DNA of 64,000 nt from Amoebidium appalachense (Eukaryota > Protista > Ichthyosporea), in assembly GCA_963693365.1 (NCBI GenBank), contig CAVNZM010000002.1, positions 16,153,615 to 16,217,614 of the forward strand, written 5' to 3'. The position numbers and the translations under genes are program-made. The notes under the pieces were generated by a model that was not told where the DNA came from, made no database searches, and saw only the letters and a list, made by a program, of their open reading frames with translations. Below are positions 19,566 to 31,341 of this stretch, in pieces (the first letter of the stretch is position 1; each line of letters starts with the position of its first letter).

Positions 19566-19960
19566 GTTTGTGCGCATGCGCACGTGCATTCTACTTGTGT
19601 AAATTAGCAGGGTGAGCCTCAGGGAGTGTGGGGGGAGGGGAGTGGGGAGGAGATGAGTGCTGTGGAGGAGGGGCAAGGGAGAGAAGGAGGGGGGGGGGGG
19701 GGGGGGTTTCGTTAAAAAATGATACCTAGGGTGAGGGAGAGAGGAGGGGGAGGGGGCGGGGGGGGGGGGGAGGTGAGTGAGGCTTTAAAAAACCGCCGGG
19801 GGGCGGGAGGGGGGGAGGGGGGAGGGGGAGGGGGTCGTTAGAAAATGGTATGGGGCATATAGTGCATATTTGCCGGGGACAATACAAAGCCGACCTTGCA
19901 AAGAATACACAATGAGTATGCATCCATCAGAAGAAGAGCACCAGCACGAAGGGGTGGGAA

Positions 19961-20016
<56 letters not shown>

Positions 20017-20098
20017 AAGGGGGGGGAGGGGCGGGGGGGGGGGGGGGGGGGTTGGGAGGAGGATATATGCATCAGTGGCCAACACGGAAGCAATTCCT

Positions 20099-20136
<38 letters not shown>

Positions 20137-20232
20137 ATACGAATCATTGATATTTACAACTCTGGTGGGTGGAAAAAAGACTCTGGCCATAATCTACGCG
20201 CATGCACGGTTGGAGAGAAGGCAGGGCCCGTG

Positions 20233-20277
<45 letters not shown>

Positions 20278-20378
20278 CCACCACCCCGTTACCCAAGTGG
20301 GTCCTTCCCCCCCCAAATTCGAAGGGGGGGGGGGGGGGGGTCACACCCACGTGCACCCCCGGCTACCTTTTTTTTTTT

Positions 20379-20429
<51 letters not shown>

Positions 20430-20453
20430 CCACCCACCCACCAGAGGTGGTAG

Positions 20454-20489
<36 letters not shown>

Positions 20490-21291
20490 ATTTTGTGTGG
20501 GTTTAAAGGAGAAGCAGAGTGCACAGGTGGGTGTTATGATATACACAACACACAGACACACGGGAGAAACACAACCGGAGAGGTGGAACGATTTCTGGGA
20601 CCATATGAAATGTTTTCAACTGCTTGATTTTTATTTCAAGATGAAGTCCTTTTTATACTGGGGAATGTGGAATCGACAAATGCTAAGCCAATCAAAAGAA
20701 CGAAAACTATGAGGGCAAATGAATTTGCTAATCCAATCAGAAAGACGAAAACTATGAGGGTAAAACAAATCGATCGAAATGCCTGTCGACACATAGCTAT
20801 AGATAAATCGCAATCTTAATGAAAGTACGGAAACATTTAATAAATGAAACCACTTATGTATCTATTAGTTCACATCATATATTTATACATGTTCTTAACA
20901 TAACACGTCTAAAGATAAGTATTCCTAATAGCTGGGGAGCATAGAGCAATTCTACGTCGTGGGAAAAGAAGGAAAAGGAATGAGGATAGAAAGGAATGGA
21001 ATGGGAAAGGAATCGGGTAGAATGAAGGAGGAATGTAGGTTTCTATATTTGGGAAAATTAAACGAGATCTGAATGGACAACTTATTTAGACATAAACGCA
21101 AACAACTTTACATGTGCGCGGGCCAAATGGCTCGATGTGTACACAGATCAAAGATATCTGTGCACACGGAAACGGAAAGGAAAGAAAGAAAGGAGGAAAG
21201 GAAAAGGGAAAAGGAAACGAACAACAACAGACTAATAAACATATGTATAACTCAACTTCTAAGTTCTTGCCGTTATCCATGGGTAGATGAC

Positions 21292-21356
<65 letters not shown>

Positions 21357-21714
21357 GGGGGGGAGGGAGGTACCACCAGGGCGGACGTCGATATTAACTA
21401 CTCCCCCCCCCCCCCCCCCCCCCCCCCCCCTTTCAAATTCAAAATTACCTAATCATAATTATCTGATTGATTCGACCACGTGCTGGAACAGTTGGCATAG
21501 TGTACAGCCGAGTACGGTGGCTGATTTATAATGATAACCTGTACGAACATGTCCCAAGATTATTTATCCCTGAAATTCAGTTCGAATCAAAGCAACTCGC
21601 ACTATGGGGACCCCATAATTATTAGTGCACGTGGTGCATGATGCGAGTATAGTAGGTGCCCACGGTGGCATGACCTTGTTGACTGTTTGAATATGCATGC
21701 GCAGTCACATTTAA

Positions 21715-22008
21715 AGGGGGTTTCTTTTAGGCCCATTAATTGTCCCCATTCCAGCACATCCGGGTCAAGCCAATTGCTTAGCATATATATCAAAATCTGG
21801 AGCTGCAATCTTCTTCCTGGCGCTTGATTATTATTTTTCCTTTCTTTCCTTCTTATTTCTCTCTTTTCTTTTTTCTTTTTGTTGTATTTTGGCGCATCTG
21901 TAACATGCTTCCGGCCAAACGATGGTGCGCAGCTGATGCGCAGCACGCCAATCACATAGCTAGAAATCCCTTTGACCCGACCCGACCCGGAAAGCTAAAA
22001 GAAACTCT
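21715..22008. mobile_element. Possible TTAA-flanked non-autonomous element (Kolobok/piggyBac-type ends)
   Basis: TTAA at 21711-21714 and 22009-22012. Left end AGGGGGTTTCTTTTAG versus reverse complement of right end AGAGTTTCTTTTAG; subterminal CGGGTCAA / TTGACCCG inverted match. Confidence 0.4.
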
Positions 22009-22501
22009 TTAAAAGACGCATCGGGCATGGGAATCTCACGATCACGGTCTCAGACCTAACACGTACTGACGTGTTGCCGCACGTGCGACGTTTAGCATCT
22101 ACTCAGGCGGCAAAAAAAAAAAAAAAAGAAGAAATGAGACACCGCCTCAGTAGGTGGTAGGTCTCAGACGTCGACGCATTGGCCATGGGCAATGCTAAAT
22201 TGCGAATGCACAAGTTGATAGACCGCACCATGCTGCCTGTGCCGTGTGCTGAGAAACTGAAACGGTTCCAATCATCGTCTGGCAGGCACCCTTGAATAAA
22301 TTTTAAACGTAAGACCTTTGGGCTCTGTTGAACCGCTTGATGATGGCCCATCTAGTACTAATTAGCGCAGGACCGTCCATTCATATAGGCGAACGTGCGA
22401 CTGCACACATGTACATAAAAGGGTAACGTCATGGGGGGACATGGCCATGGCAACGGTAACGACTGAAACCACGGCACTGGGCTATGAATAGACAGACCCT
22501 A

Positions 22502-22675
22502 CAGTCGGCGTCCACGAATAAGAGAGAGACTCCACGAATAAGAGATCTAGCGCTACCAAAGTTGGGGGGACAATTATATGACGTCATAGTTTTTTATGGA
22601 GTGACGTCATTTTCTCATATTTGAGAAGAAGATACTTTAGCGTGGAGGGAGTCTCTTATTCGTGGACGCCGACTG
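22502..22675. mobile_element. Tc1/mariner-type MITE, 174 bp
   Basis: Perfect 24-bp TIR CAGTCGGCGTCCACGAATAAGAGA; TA duplication at 22500-22501 and 22676-22677; no coding capacity. Confidence 0.92.
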
Positions 22676-23031
22676 TACAATAGTCAGTCGCTGTTTCGCC
22701 AGACAAAAGTTTTATTCTTTTTATCTTCTATGCTGGAGCTAATCACTATATCTATTCCATCTATCTGCGGCCTGCCTAGCGGGCCTCGGTGATCACGAGG
22801 CTGCAGTTGTCTGGTGTACATGTATACGTAGGACCTGTCTGTTAACCTCGAGCTCCTCATGAGACTACATATGTGCATATGCATGTAGGGCCCCTGAAGC
22901 ACGTGTGGGCAGTGGGAGTTACTTCCGAGATCAACGTTGATCGTGATATGACTCACACGTTTTTTGTACAGACTGTCCGGCACGGCCGTATATATATAGG
23001 TGGGTGTTAAACGTAGGTGGAGTTACTGTAA

Positions 23032-24142
23032 GGGCCTGTTTGGTAGCGCGCTAAATACGGTTTTTTATCGTATTCGTATTTAGGGCCTTAATACGTATAC
23101 GATCCCGTGGCATGCCAAACACGCCGCGGGGTTTTATTTTTTGTTAATACGATAGGGATCGCTTTTATATCGCACGAAAATCAACTCCGGAGGTGATTTT
23201 CGTAAATACGATATAGGAAATTAGCCAATCAGAGCATTTCGCATTATTTATTAGCTATCAGCTAGCCAATGGTACAACGTAAGCCGCAACGGGCACATTT
23301 TTACTACAGCACGCATGCCGGCGCATGCACGTGAACAATTCACTGTTAAAAAAAAGGTCGGTGTCATACACGTCATTTTGTGTACATGCTCAGTAAATAT
23401 TGGCACATGAATTTGGGCTGCACAGGTAAGACAGAGGATGAGGAACCCTACACGGTACCTATTGATAGTCTCCGTGCTGTGTTGTAGATCCTTGGCCGTC
23501 CTGCGAACCGAGTCGCCATGCCCAAGAATAAGCATCAGTAGACACACGATCTCTTTAACGTCCATGTGCGCACTCTCTTTCACGTAAGGCCGCATCTCTT
23601 CAATTAACTGGCTTATGGCTTCGGGGCTTGCGCGCATGACAATGATGTGCAAAACACGGCGAGGGTGTCCCGATTCTAACAGCTCACGAACATGTTCCTT
23701 TCCAGAGAGTGAGCGTGTGTTTTGCTGCTGCTTGTTTTCAGATGCGTATTGCATAACAATTGCTGCGCCAGCAGCGGCACACACCACCGCAATAACTGGC
23801 AGTATCCCTTCAATAACAGACATCCTAACCTATTGTTAAACAGAGCAAGACTCGCTGTCGGTGACTCGTTTTTGCCGTTCGCTGTAATGCTGGCTACAGC
23901 TGCACCAGCCTATATGCATGGGCGCATACCGAAGGATGATCAATGGGTGCGAATAGGGCCAATCAGATCTCGTGAACCATGTATCGACATTTTATGTGAC
24001 CAGTCACGCCTGACAGCGTTTGGAAGGCACCAACCGTATTTAGGCCCTAAATACGCATACCACGATAAATTTTGTAAATACGGTAGATCGTATTTGGGGC
24101 CTAAATACGAATAATATTATTGGGGTGCTGCCAAACAGGCCC
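23032..24142 (-). mobile_element. PIF/Harbinger DNA transposon, internally deleted (1111 bp)
   Basis: TIR GGGCCTGTTTGGYAGC; TAA target duplication at 23029-23031 and 24143-24145; many subterminal AATACG/CGTATT motifs at both ends; internal transposase fragment. Confidence 0.93.
23251..23823 (-). pseudogene. PIF/Harbinger transposase N-terminal (HTH) fragment, DDE domain absent
   Basis: SLSGKEHVRELLESGHPRR..MDVKEIVCLLMLILGHGDSVR..LQHSTETINRY resembles the PIF-clade N-terminus (LTG..WV.ELL.GH..R; FQ.S.ETISR). The similarity stops after about residue 125. Confidence 0.8.
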
Positions 24143-26500
24143 TAAGTGTTGCTGTACAAATACGTGCCCACCATGGGCTGGTGGGTTGGGTGCCCGATCC
24201 TGATCATGGCTATGGCTAGCTAGCTATTATTATTATTATTGTAGCTATAGGAGGCCTCAAGTAAGTTGCCCCTAGTAGGGCCCCACAATAATGCAAAACA
24301 TAGCCGTGATCACCTGCACACCGAAACCACGGTGGCACGGAGGTGGCACGGCCACACACTTACAAAAACACTATTTTTAGCGCGCTCGAGACGGGCCCAC
24401 TGCAGCCGGCGGGGCTTGCACAAGCACGAGCTTGAGGGCGCGGCGCAACTTGCAAGGGAAATTCCCACCCGACGCATTCCCATGGATGCGCGGCATGCCA
24501 ATCAGCTCGCTGTCGGTGCTATGAATAAGTTTAGCCAATCACGTGGCTAGCTCGGACCGGTATTTTGAACTATGGTGGCGAAGATTGAATGCCATGGCAC
24601 AAGTAAGGGTATCTTTTGAATGCCGTTCTGCATATCCCACAGCCGATCCACGATGAAGATTCTTGCTTCTGTGGTGCCGTGTATAGACCGGTTTAGAAAT
24701 GTTTTTTTTTCAAATTCTGCCTAACCTTATGTGGCTCACCGGAACAATTCGAATCTTGTGACTGGTTGCGCCAAAAGTAAGGGCCAAGGTAAGGGCCGCT
24801 CAGGCGGTGACAGGCCAAAATCTCAGACCGACAGCCTCTCAAAAGCAGTTAGGCCCCGATTTTACTTAGAAAGTTGGTTTTCGTCCATAAGAAAAAGTTT
24901 TAGGAAATAGAAAGGCGCGCAAAAATGATATAAGCAGTCGGGGTGCTCCGACAACGCCTACATCGCCAAAATCGTCAAAACCCGTTTTGCATAGCATCTT
25001 ACCACCTTGCCTCGAGGTCGATCGTCTACGATGATATTATGGTTTTTGCCTGTTTTCGCTACGAAATAGGCGCCGGACACCCCATGTTGCTTATACAACA
25101 ATTGCTTGTCGCTTTGTTTATCAAGTTATTTATTAATGGAGCAAACCCCCTTTTCTATTCAAATTATTGATTTTAAGCACTATAAGCAGGATTTGGTATA
25201 TGACCGCCGATCACTCAGCCCTTCATTTCGCCAGTTCGGCTGGCTGGATCTCCCGAGAGCGAAGCAAACGCAATGAGATTCTCAATTAGTAAATCTAAAT
25301 TGGTCTATCTCATCGGATGCTCGCTCGAGAGGGGATCACGTTCGTCACGGACAAAACATGTTGTGATGGCATAAGCTTCCAGATAATTAACTTTGGCGCA
25401 GGATCCATTGCATTTGATTAAATTTAAAAACCAATAGGCTAGTTATACCGCTGTGGAAGACCGCTTGTCATAAGCACAATTATCAGTTGGCTTCATGCAG
25501 GCCCCAGGACTCGAGTCCACAGGCGCCACCGCCGGGCACGTCATCGGCACGCCGTGCCCGGCGGCATTACGGGGGGGCAACGGTCCGATCGCGACAGCTG
25601 CAGATCTCGGAGTCAACACACACAAACACACACAAAAAAAGAAGAAAGAAAGAAGGAAAAGAAAGGAAAAGAAAACGAGCCTTGCATAAGTTTTCGATCT
25701 ACTTAGCCCAGGCGTCCATGATTCCTGATTCGAAAACGCATGCAGCCAAGATCCGCTATATGTTCGCTTGGTACGCGCCGAATGTGGGTGGGGTAGTAAT
25801 CTTGTGTGCGGTTATATACAGGAACACATTCTTCAAAGGCGTCGGTGGTGCTTTTTAGGTTGTGATACGACAAACGGGCCCTCATTCCTACATCTGGATG
25901 GTGTGTGTGTAGTAGATTGCTCCCTTTTTCCAACTATCGCAAAATCCTACTCAATTGATCAGCTTGGTAGGCTGTGTGATTGTTTTCCTCTATCTCTAGC
26001 GCTTGGAGCTGCTGCAAAGCTGAGCACTTTGCAACTGTTTTTTTTTTTTAATTCAACAGTATCAACACACATGTTGTATGCACTCGCTGAGCAAAAATTA
26101 TAACCTTTTTTTTTTTCCGCATTTGACACAGAAGCAAATAATCTCGACACATCGAATTTGGCCGAGTTTCCATCCATTTTGTTGAATAGTGTCGACCTGG
26201 ATAATCCAAGACCGTTGATTGTCAATTTGAACTCAAGGCCGTGTGCGCCTGACCGGAAAACTTGAGAAACTGTTTTGCATCGATTCTCCCACGTTTGTAA
26301 AACCCAGAACTTCTCTTTCCAAATATCTAATTAGGGCTCTAGTAACCTTACTTATCACCCTTTTGATAATCAAGAATACGAAAATGCTTTCGAAGGGACA
26401 ATCAAGTACGTGTGCGCTCTCATTTAACCTTAGCCCCGAAGCCAAACACAGTAGCCCCTACACGGCGGGTCGAAGACCTTCACCCTCACCGTTTTCAGAC

Positions 26501-27457
26501 ATGGAGCAAGAATTTCTTCGCCTCAGTTTGGATACACACGGGGGCAAGCAAGACCACTCCGTTATGCGCACATCGAGCCTACCAGAGCAATCCGGCCCGC
26601 GTGGGAGCATGAGCAAGAGAGTAGACTCCCCCATGGTTAAGCACAGCGGTGTTTACGTTCCGCCGACCGGCCACTCGAATCTTCGAGAATATGTTCCACC
26701 ACCTGCCGCGGGAGATCGCATTCCCGGATCAGTGCCCACCTACTGCGACCAGCAGAGCACACGCACAAAAAAATCCAGGCAAAACGCGAAAAATCTGGTA
26801 GGAAAGCCGCCGAAAGTAGTGCCTGTAAACCCCCCTGCAAAGATTCCCCACCTTGAGGCCATGGGATTTCACGACGTAGATGGCATCGATTTCGACGATG
26901 ATGTGCCCGCTGGGTTCCAAAAAGCCCCCAGCGCAAAAGCGATGGAACCCCCCAACGTCAAGTTGCACCAATCAAAAGTGGGCAGGTCTGGGCCGGCACC
27001 GCAAAACCCTCGTTCCGCGACGGATAAACCCGCCAAGGAGTCTAAGGGCCTGTCCTGGATTTCAGGCATGTTCGATGCATTCGACGGGTTTTCGTCTTCT
27101 GTTTCCCGTTCCTTGTCCTCGTCACCCATGCTCTCTCGCAAACATGGGAAACTCGGTGCCAACCACAAGCAGTCCAAAAACCCCCAGCAGAATGTCCGGC
27201 AGGTGCGGTTCTTCCCCCACGTGGTACTGGGGGATACGTGGTCGGACCTGGATTATGATAGGACCCCCCTTGAAACCCCCCCACTAACGCCTGGTGAGTT
27301 GCTGAAAATTGCGAAAGAGGTGACGGAGTATAAGCAGTACGAGATGGCCGTGCACCCCCAGAGCAGACATAACACAACCCTGCCTCTCCCTAGACTCGTC
27401 GCCGCCCGGGCCCAAAGTATGGCTGCCCAGCCCGCGCCTGTTCCCGCTATTAGTTAA
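26501..27457 (+). CDS. Phactr/Bni4-like PP1 regulatory protein (disordered N-terminus plus C-terminal PP1-binding module)
   Basis: Long uninterrupted ORF (in-frame ATGs at 26384 and 26501; a TTTTCAG acceptor lies just before 26501). C-terminus RQVRFFPHV..DTWSDLDYDR..LTP..IAKEVTEYKQYEMAVHPQSRHNT matches the Phactr/Bni4 RVxF-DYDR-LT..KEL..FK..EM.VH..S motif. Confidence 0.85.
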   Translation: MEQEFLRLSLDTHGGKQDHSVMRTSSLPEQSGPRGSMSKRVDSPMVKHSGVYVPPTGHSNLREYVPPPAAGDRIPGSVPTYCDQQSTRTKKSRQNAKNLVGKPPKVVPVNPPAKIPHLEAMGFHDVDGIDFDDDVPAGFQKAPSAKAMEPPNVKLHQSKVGRSGPAPQNPRSATDKPAKESKGLSWISGMFDAFDGFSSSVSRSLSSSPMLSRKHGKLGANHKQSKNPQQNVRQVRFFPHVVLGDTWSDLDYDRTPLETPPLTPGELLKIAKEVTEYKQYEMAVHPQSRHNTTLPLPRLVAARAQSMAAQPAPVPAIS

Positions 27458-27891
27458 AAAATAATTTGACATATGCTTTGTTGATGATAGGTTTTCTGTT
27501 TAGAGATAGTTTTTGACTTTCGAACTGTAATTGACACGTGATATGAGAATCGTCGTATGGTCGAACTCCGCATATGAAAGGTTTCCACCGGACTAGTTTC
27601 CAATTTTCAAGTTGCCTATCTGACATATATTAATCATTTGCAATCGATTATGAGCACACCCCTGGATAGATGTGCATAACCATATATGATGTTTTCTATT
27701 ATCGTTCTTGTACCGTTTGCTGAAATTTGTGAACCCATTTAGCCTGGCTGTATGAAAAATATAGGACCACCATTGCTCTCAAATAAAGGGAGTACAATCA
27801 ACACGACTTCTCGATGTGTGTTCGAATTCAGAGTCCTTGAAGTCAAACCCTAATGTTGTCTGTCATTCCAGTGTTCACCCATCCTTTCCCC

Positions 27892-27922
<31 letters not shown>

Positions 27923-27925
<3 letters not shown>

Positions 27926-28071
27926 TCCCCAAAAAAACAAAATGCGCAACTCTGGCACTATGGAAGACTGCCTCCTCGCTCCTCCCCCCCCCCCCCCCCC
28001 CCCCCCCCCCCCGTCCCCAAAAAAACAAAATGCGCAACTCTGGCACTATGGAAGACTGCCTCCTCGCTCCT
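27923..28071. repeat. Tandem duplication of a ~60-bp unique segment separated by poly-C
   Basis: CCGTCCCCAAAAAAACAAAATGCGCAACTCTGGCACTATGGAAGACTGCCTCCTCGCTCCT occurs twice, identical. Confidence 0.85.
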
Positions 28072-28200
28072 CCCCCCCCCCCCCCCCCCCCCCCCCCCGA
28101 TGGCATACAAAGTATGAAAACACTCTCTAGATCTGTCATGAGTCAACACACTTTTTCATACTGTCTAGCAGGTACCCACACACATGACACACGGTGCCTA

Positions 28201-28397
28201 CAGTGCTTTCAGCTGACTTAATGCACCAATCGGCTTTTTTAGTTTGTAGTCATATGATTGGCCGGCCATGGGATATCTATAAAGGAATCCTTTGTTTCGA
28301 TCGTTCAGAAATTGACTGTGAGAGTTAAACCGCCAGCCAGTCGAATCCCAAAGACGTTCCTTGTGCCGATTGGTGCAGAAAGTCAGTGCAAGCACTG
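28201..28397. mobile_element. Tc1/mariner-type MITE family B, copy 1 (197 bp)
   Basis: Imperfect ~33-bp TIR CAGTGCTT..CTGACTT..TGCACCAATCGGC; TA on both flanks; internal sequence aligns by eye with 37646-37830. Confidence 0.82.
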
Positions 28398-28689
28398 TAA
28401 TCAACATGATAGCTTCATGCACAATAGCCGGGACAACATCACATGGTCACGTTATAGTTTCGATAGCCACCACTCCTGCACCACCAACCAGCACTGATTG
28501 ATAAAGTCTAAGAGTCCGACATCATCATGATACTAAGTTACTAGCGTCGCAGAACATATGTATCTTTTTGGCGTTAGCTACATACACTGTTGCTGGCAAT
28601 ATGCACGGTCAGATGTCATGTACAGTACGTAGGCTCGAAGGAAAACCTGTGTTTAGCTACGAGCGGGGTGTGTCGGTGTGCTGCAACCA

Positions 28690-28773
<84 letters not shown>

Positions 28774-29164
28774 AGGAGGGGACTGATATGTCCATACGCT
28801 GGAAGTCCCCTCGCACCTGACTGGACAAAACACCATCCGATGACGTAAAAACAGGGGAGAACGATTCGATCCCCAAGCGACATAAAGGGGCCGTCAGGCC
28901 CCTCTAGCATGGGGTTGGGGGGGCGGCAGCCCCCCCCATTTAGCGCCCAGACACACATAGGCTATGGTTATTGGGTTTATGTTTTTATTTTGGAAACTAT
29001 TTTCAAATACCGTATTGTTTTAGCCGGGTATGGCGCGATCCCCTATACCTAGGGGCTTCCTTCGTGTAGACCTACCTCAGGGGGGGATTTGGGGGGTGTT
29101 TGCAATGATGATTTGAGATATATATTTTGCAGCCACATTCATCAATTTATTCCTGACACATTTG

Positions 29165-29844
29165 CTAAACACCAACACCAATCATCGGGTGATCAATTTT
29201 ATCCTCTGGGGATTTTGGACACCTTGTCTCTGATTCATACAACTCTTTCAAAACGGCCAAGTGTTGCTCCACCCGCACGATTTCCTCCCTTAGTTTATGT
29301 ATAAGCAAAGTTTCGTTATTACGAGCGATTGCACGTTCAAATTCGGTAGAATTGTGGTTTGCATTAGGCTGACGCTTCTCTTCCTTTGACGACATACACG
29401 AACCAGGGATCGTGACGGTTGATTGGGACATTCCTGCGTCTGCCCCCAAGCCGAACACGAGCGGGTTTTTGGTCACCGAGACAGAATTCAGATCGCTCAT
29501 CGTAGATTCCGATCTGCATTTTTTCATTTGTTCGCTTTTTCTCTCGCGCTCGTCTTCCTCTGCTAGTTCTGATGCCGCCTCCCCAAATGCCTGACCGAGC
29601 ATTGTGATTGGATAAGCCAGGCAGATAAGGGCTGCAACCATGGTTACCATAGCAACGAATCTTCCCTGGTGGGTGACGGGGAACATGTCCCCATAGCCCA
29701 CCGTCGTGAGGGTCACCATAGACCACCACATGGCAGATGGAATGTTCTGGAAAGCTGTGGCTGACCCGGCATTTGGCCCGTTCTGATGAGGGATGCCATG
29801 GTGTTGGTGTAATGGCGTGGGTAGGATGGGTGTTTTTTTCTTTT

Positions 29845-29875
<31 letters not shown>

Positions 29876-29899
29876 GGTGGTGGTGGTGGTGGTGGTGAT

Positions 29900-29938
<39 letters not shown>

Positions 29939-30568
29939 AGCTTGTGTTTGTGGCCGCCTAGTTAGCATGCTGGAGGATGGTCTGGAGTTCCTTACATATC
30001 CCCCCTCCTCCCCCGCGCGCCTCCCTCCACCCGTGATCACTCCTGCATGCCCCCCCCCCCCCCCCCCCCCCACCCCCCCCCCCCCCCTCCCCCCCCCTTC
30101 CCCCTTTCTGAATTCCTGCAACCGTTGAACCCGGATCCTCACACCTACAACCTCTTTGGACCGTTCCGGCACGATGACCCAATTACAACCCATTCTAGAT
30201 CTCCAACCTTTTCTTTGTTTTAAACGCCTGCAGCGTTGAGTCCCCACTATTGGTATGGGGAGACAGACACTTGGGAACTTCAAGAAGATGGAGAGAAGGA
30301 ATAGAGGGGGAGGAAAAGAGGGGGAAGGGGGGGGGGGGGGGGGGGGGAGAAGAGAGGGAGGGGGGGGGGGGGGGGGGGGGGGGGAGAGAGAGAGAGAGAG
30401 AGAGATGCACTCAGGACCCGAGGATGGCGGGAGAGAGAGTTGTTGGTGTGGGCTTCCAAACAGTGCAAAAGTTGGCTGTGGTAGAGTGTGTGGAGGGCTA
30501 GGTATAGGGGTGTGCCGGGGGTGGGGGAGAAGGGAGATGTGCGTGTCTGTTTGCGCGCATGTCACAGA

Positions 30569-30609
<41 letters not shown>

Positions 30610-31301
30610 GTGTGTGTATCACGGTGTGTGTTGGGGAGAGAGGGGGAGGGGGGGAGGGGAGGGGGGAGGGGGGGGAGGGGGGAGAGCAGGCGGTTAGGTG
30701 ACGCACCGTGTAAGTCCATTTTAGGTTTTCATCCAGCTCACAGTCCCACGTTTCGGCATAGAACATGGCTGTGCCGCTGATGCACAGACCAATAATGATG
30801 AGAAAAACGAGAAAGGATATGCCCTGCCGGGCCTTTTTCAGAGCACGGATGAACACACGGGTCATGCGGCTGCCCTTGCTGACTTTGAGAATGCGCAGGA
30901 TGCGAAGTAGACGGAGAACACGGAGAACCTGCCAATCAAATGCGCAAGTTAGTTTAACCTGCCAATCAAACAATCGAGCTTTATGTATGTACATTAGCCC
31001 AATAGTTTATGTATGTCATTAAAAAGGGATGTCTGAATGTGGAGGATATCAATGATCCGGATTGAAATTAGCAGAAGTTTTGGCTTCCAGATTTGGTAAA
31101 GAAGTATCGTTGGTTGTGCCTGAGTTCAGCCGGATTTCTACCATGTAGAAAAGTGATCGGAAGGGGAAAAGCAACCACTTTTAAAAATGCACCGGCACTC
31201 ACGGCATCCGATCATGGATAAACCGAAGTCTTACCCCCCCCCACCACCACCACCACCACCTCCTCCCCGGCCCCCCCTCATGAATTTCCCTGGTTGCTTC
31301 C

Positions 31302-31341
<40 letters not shown>

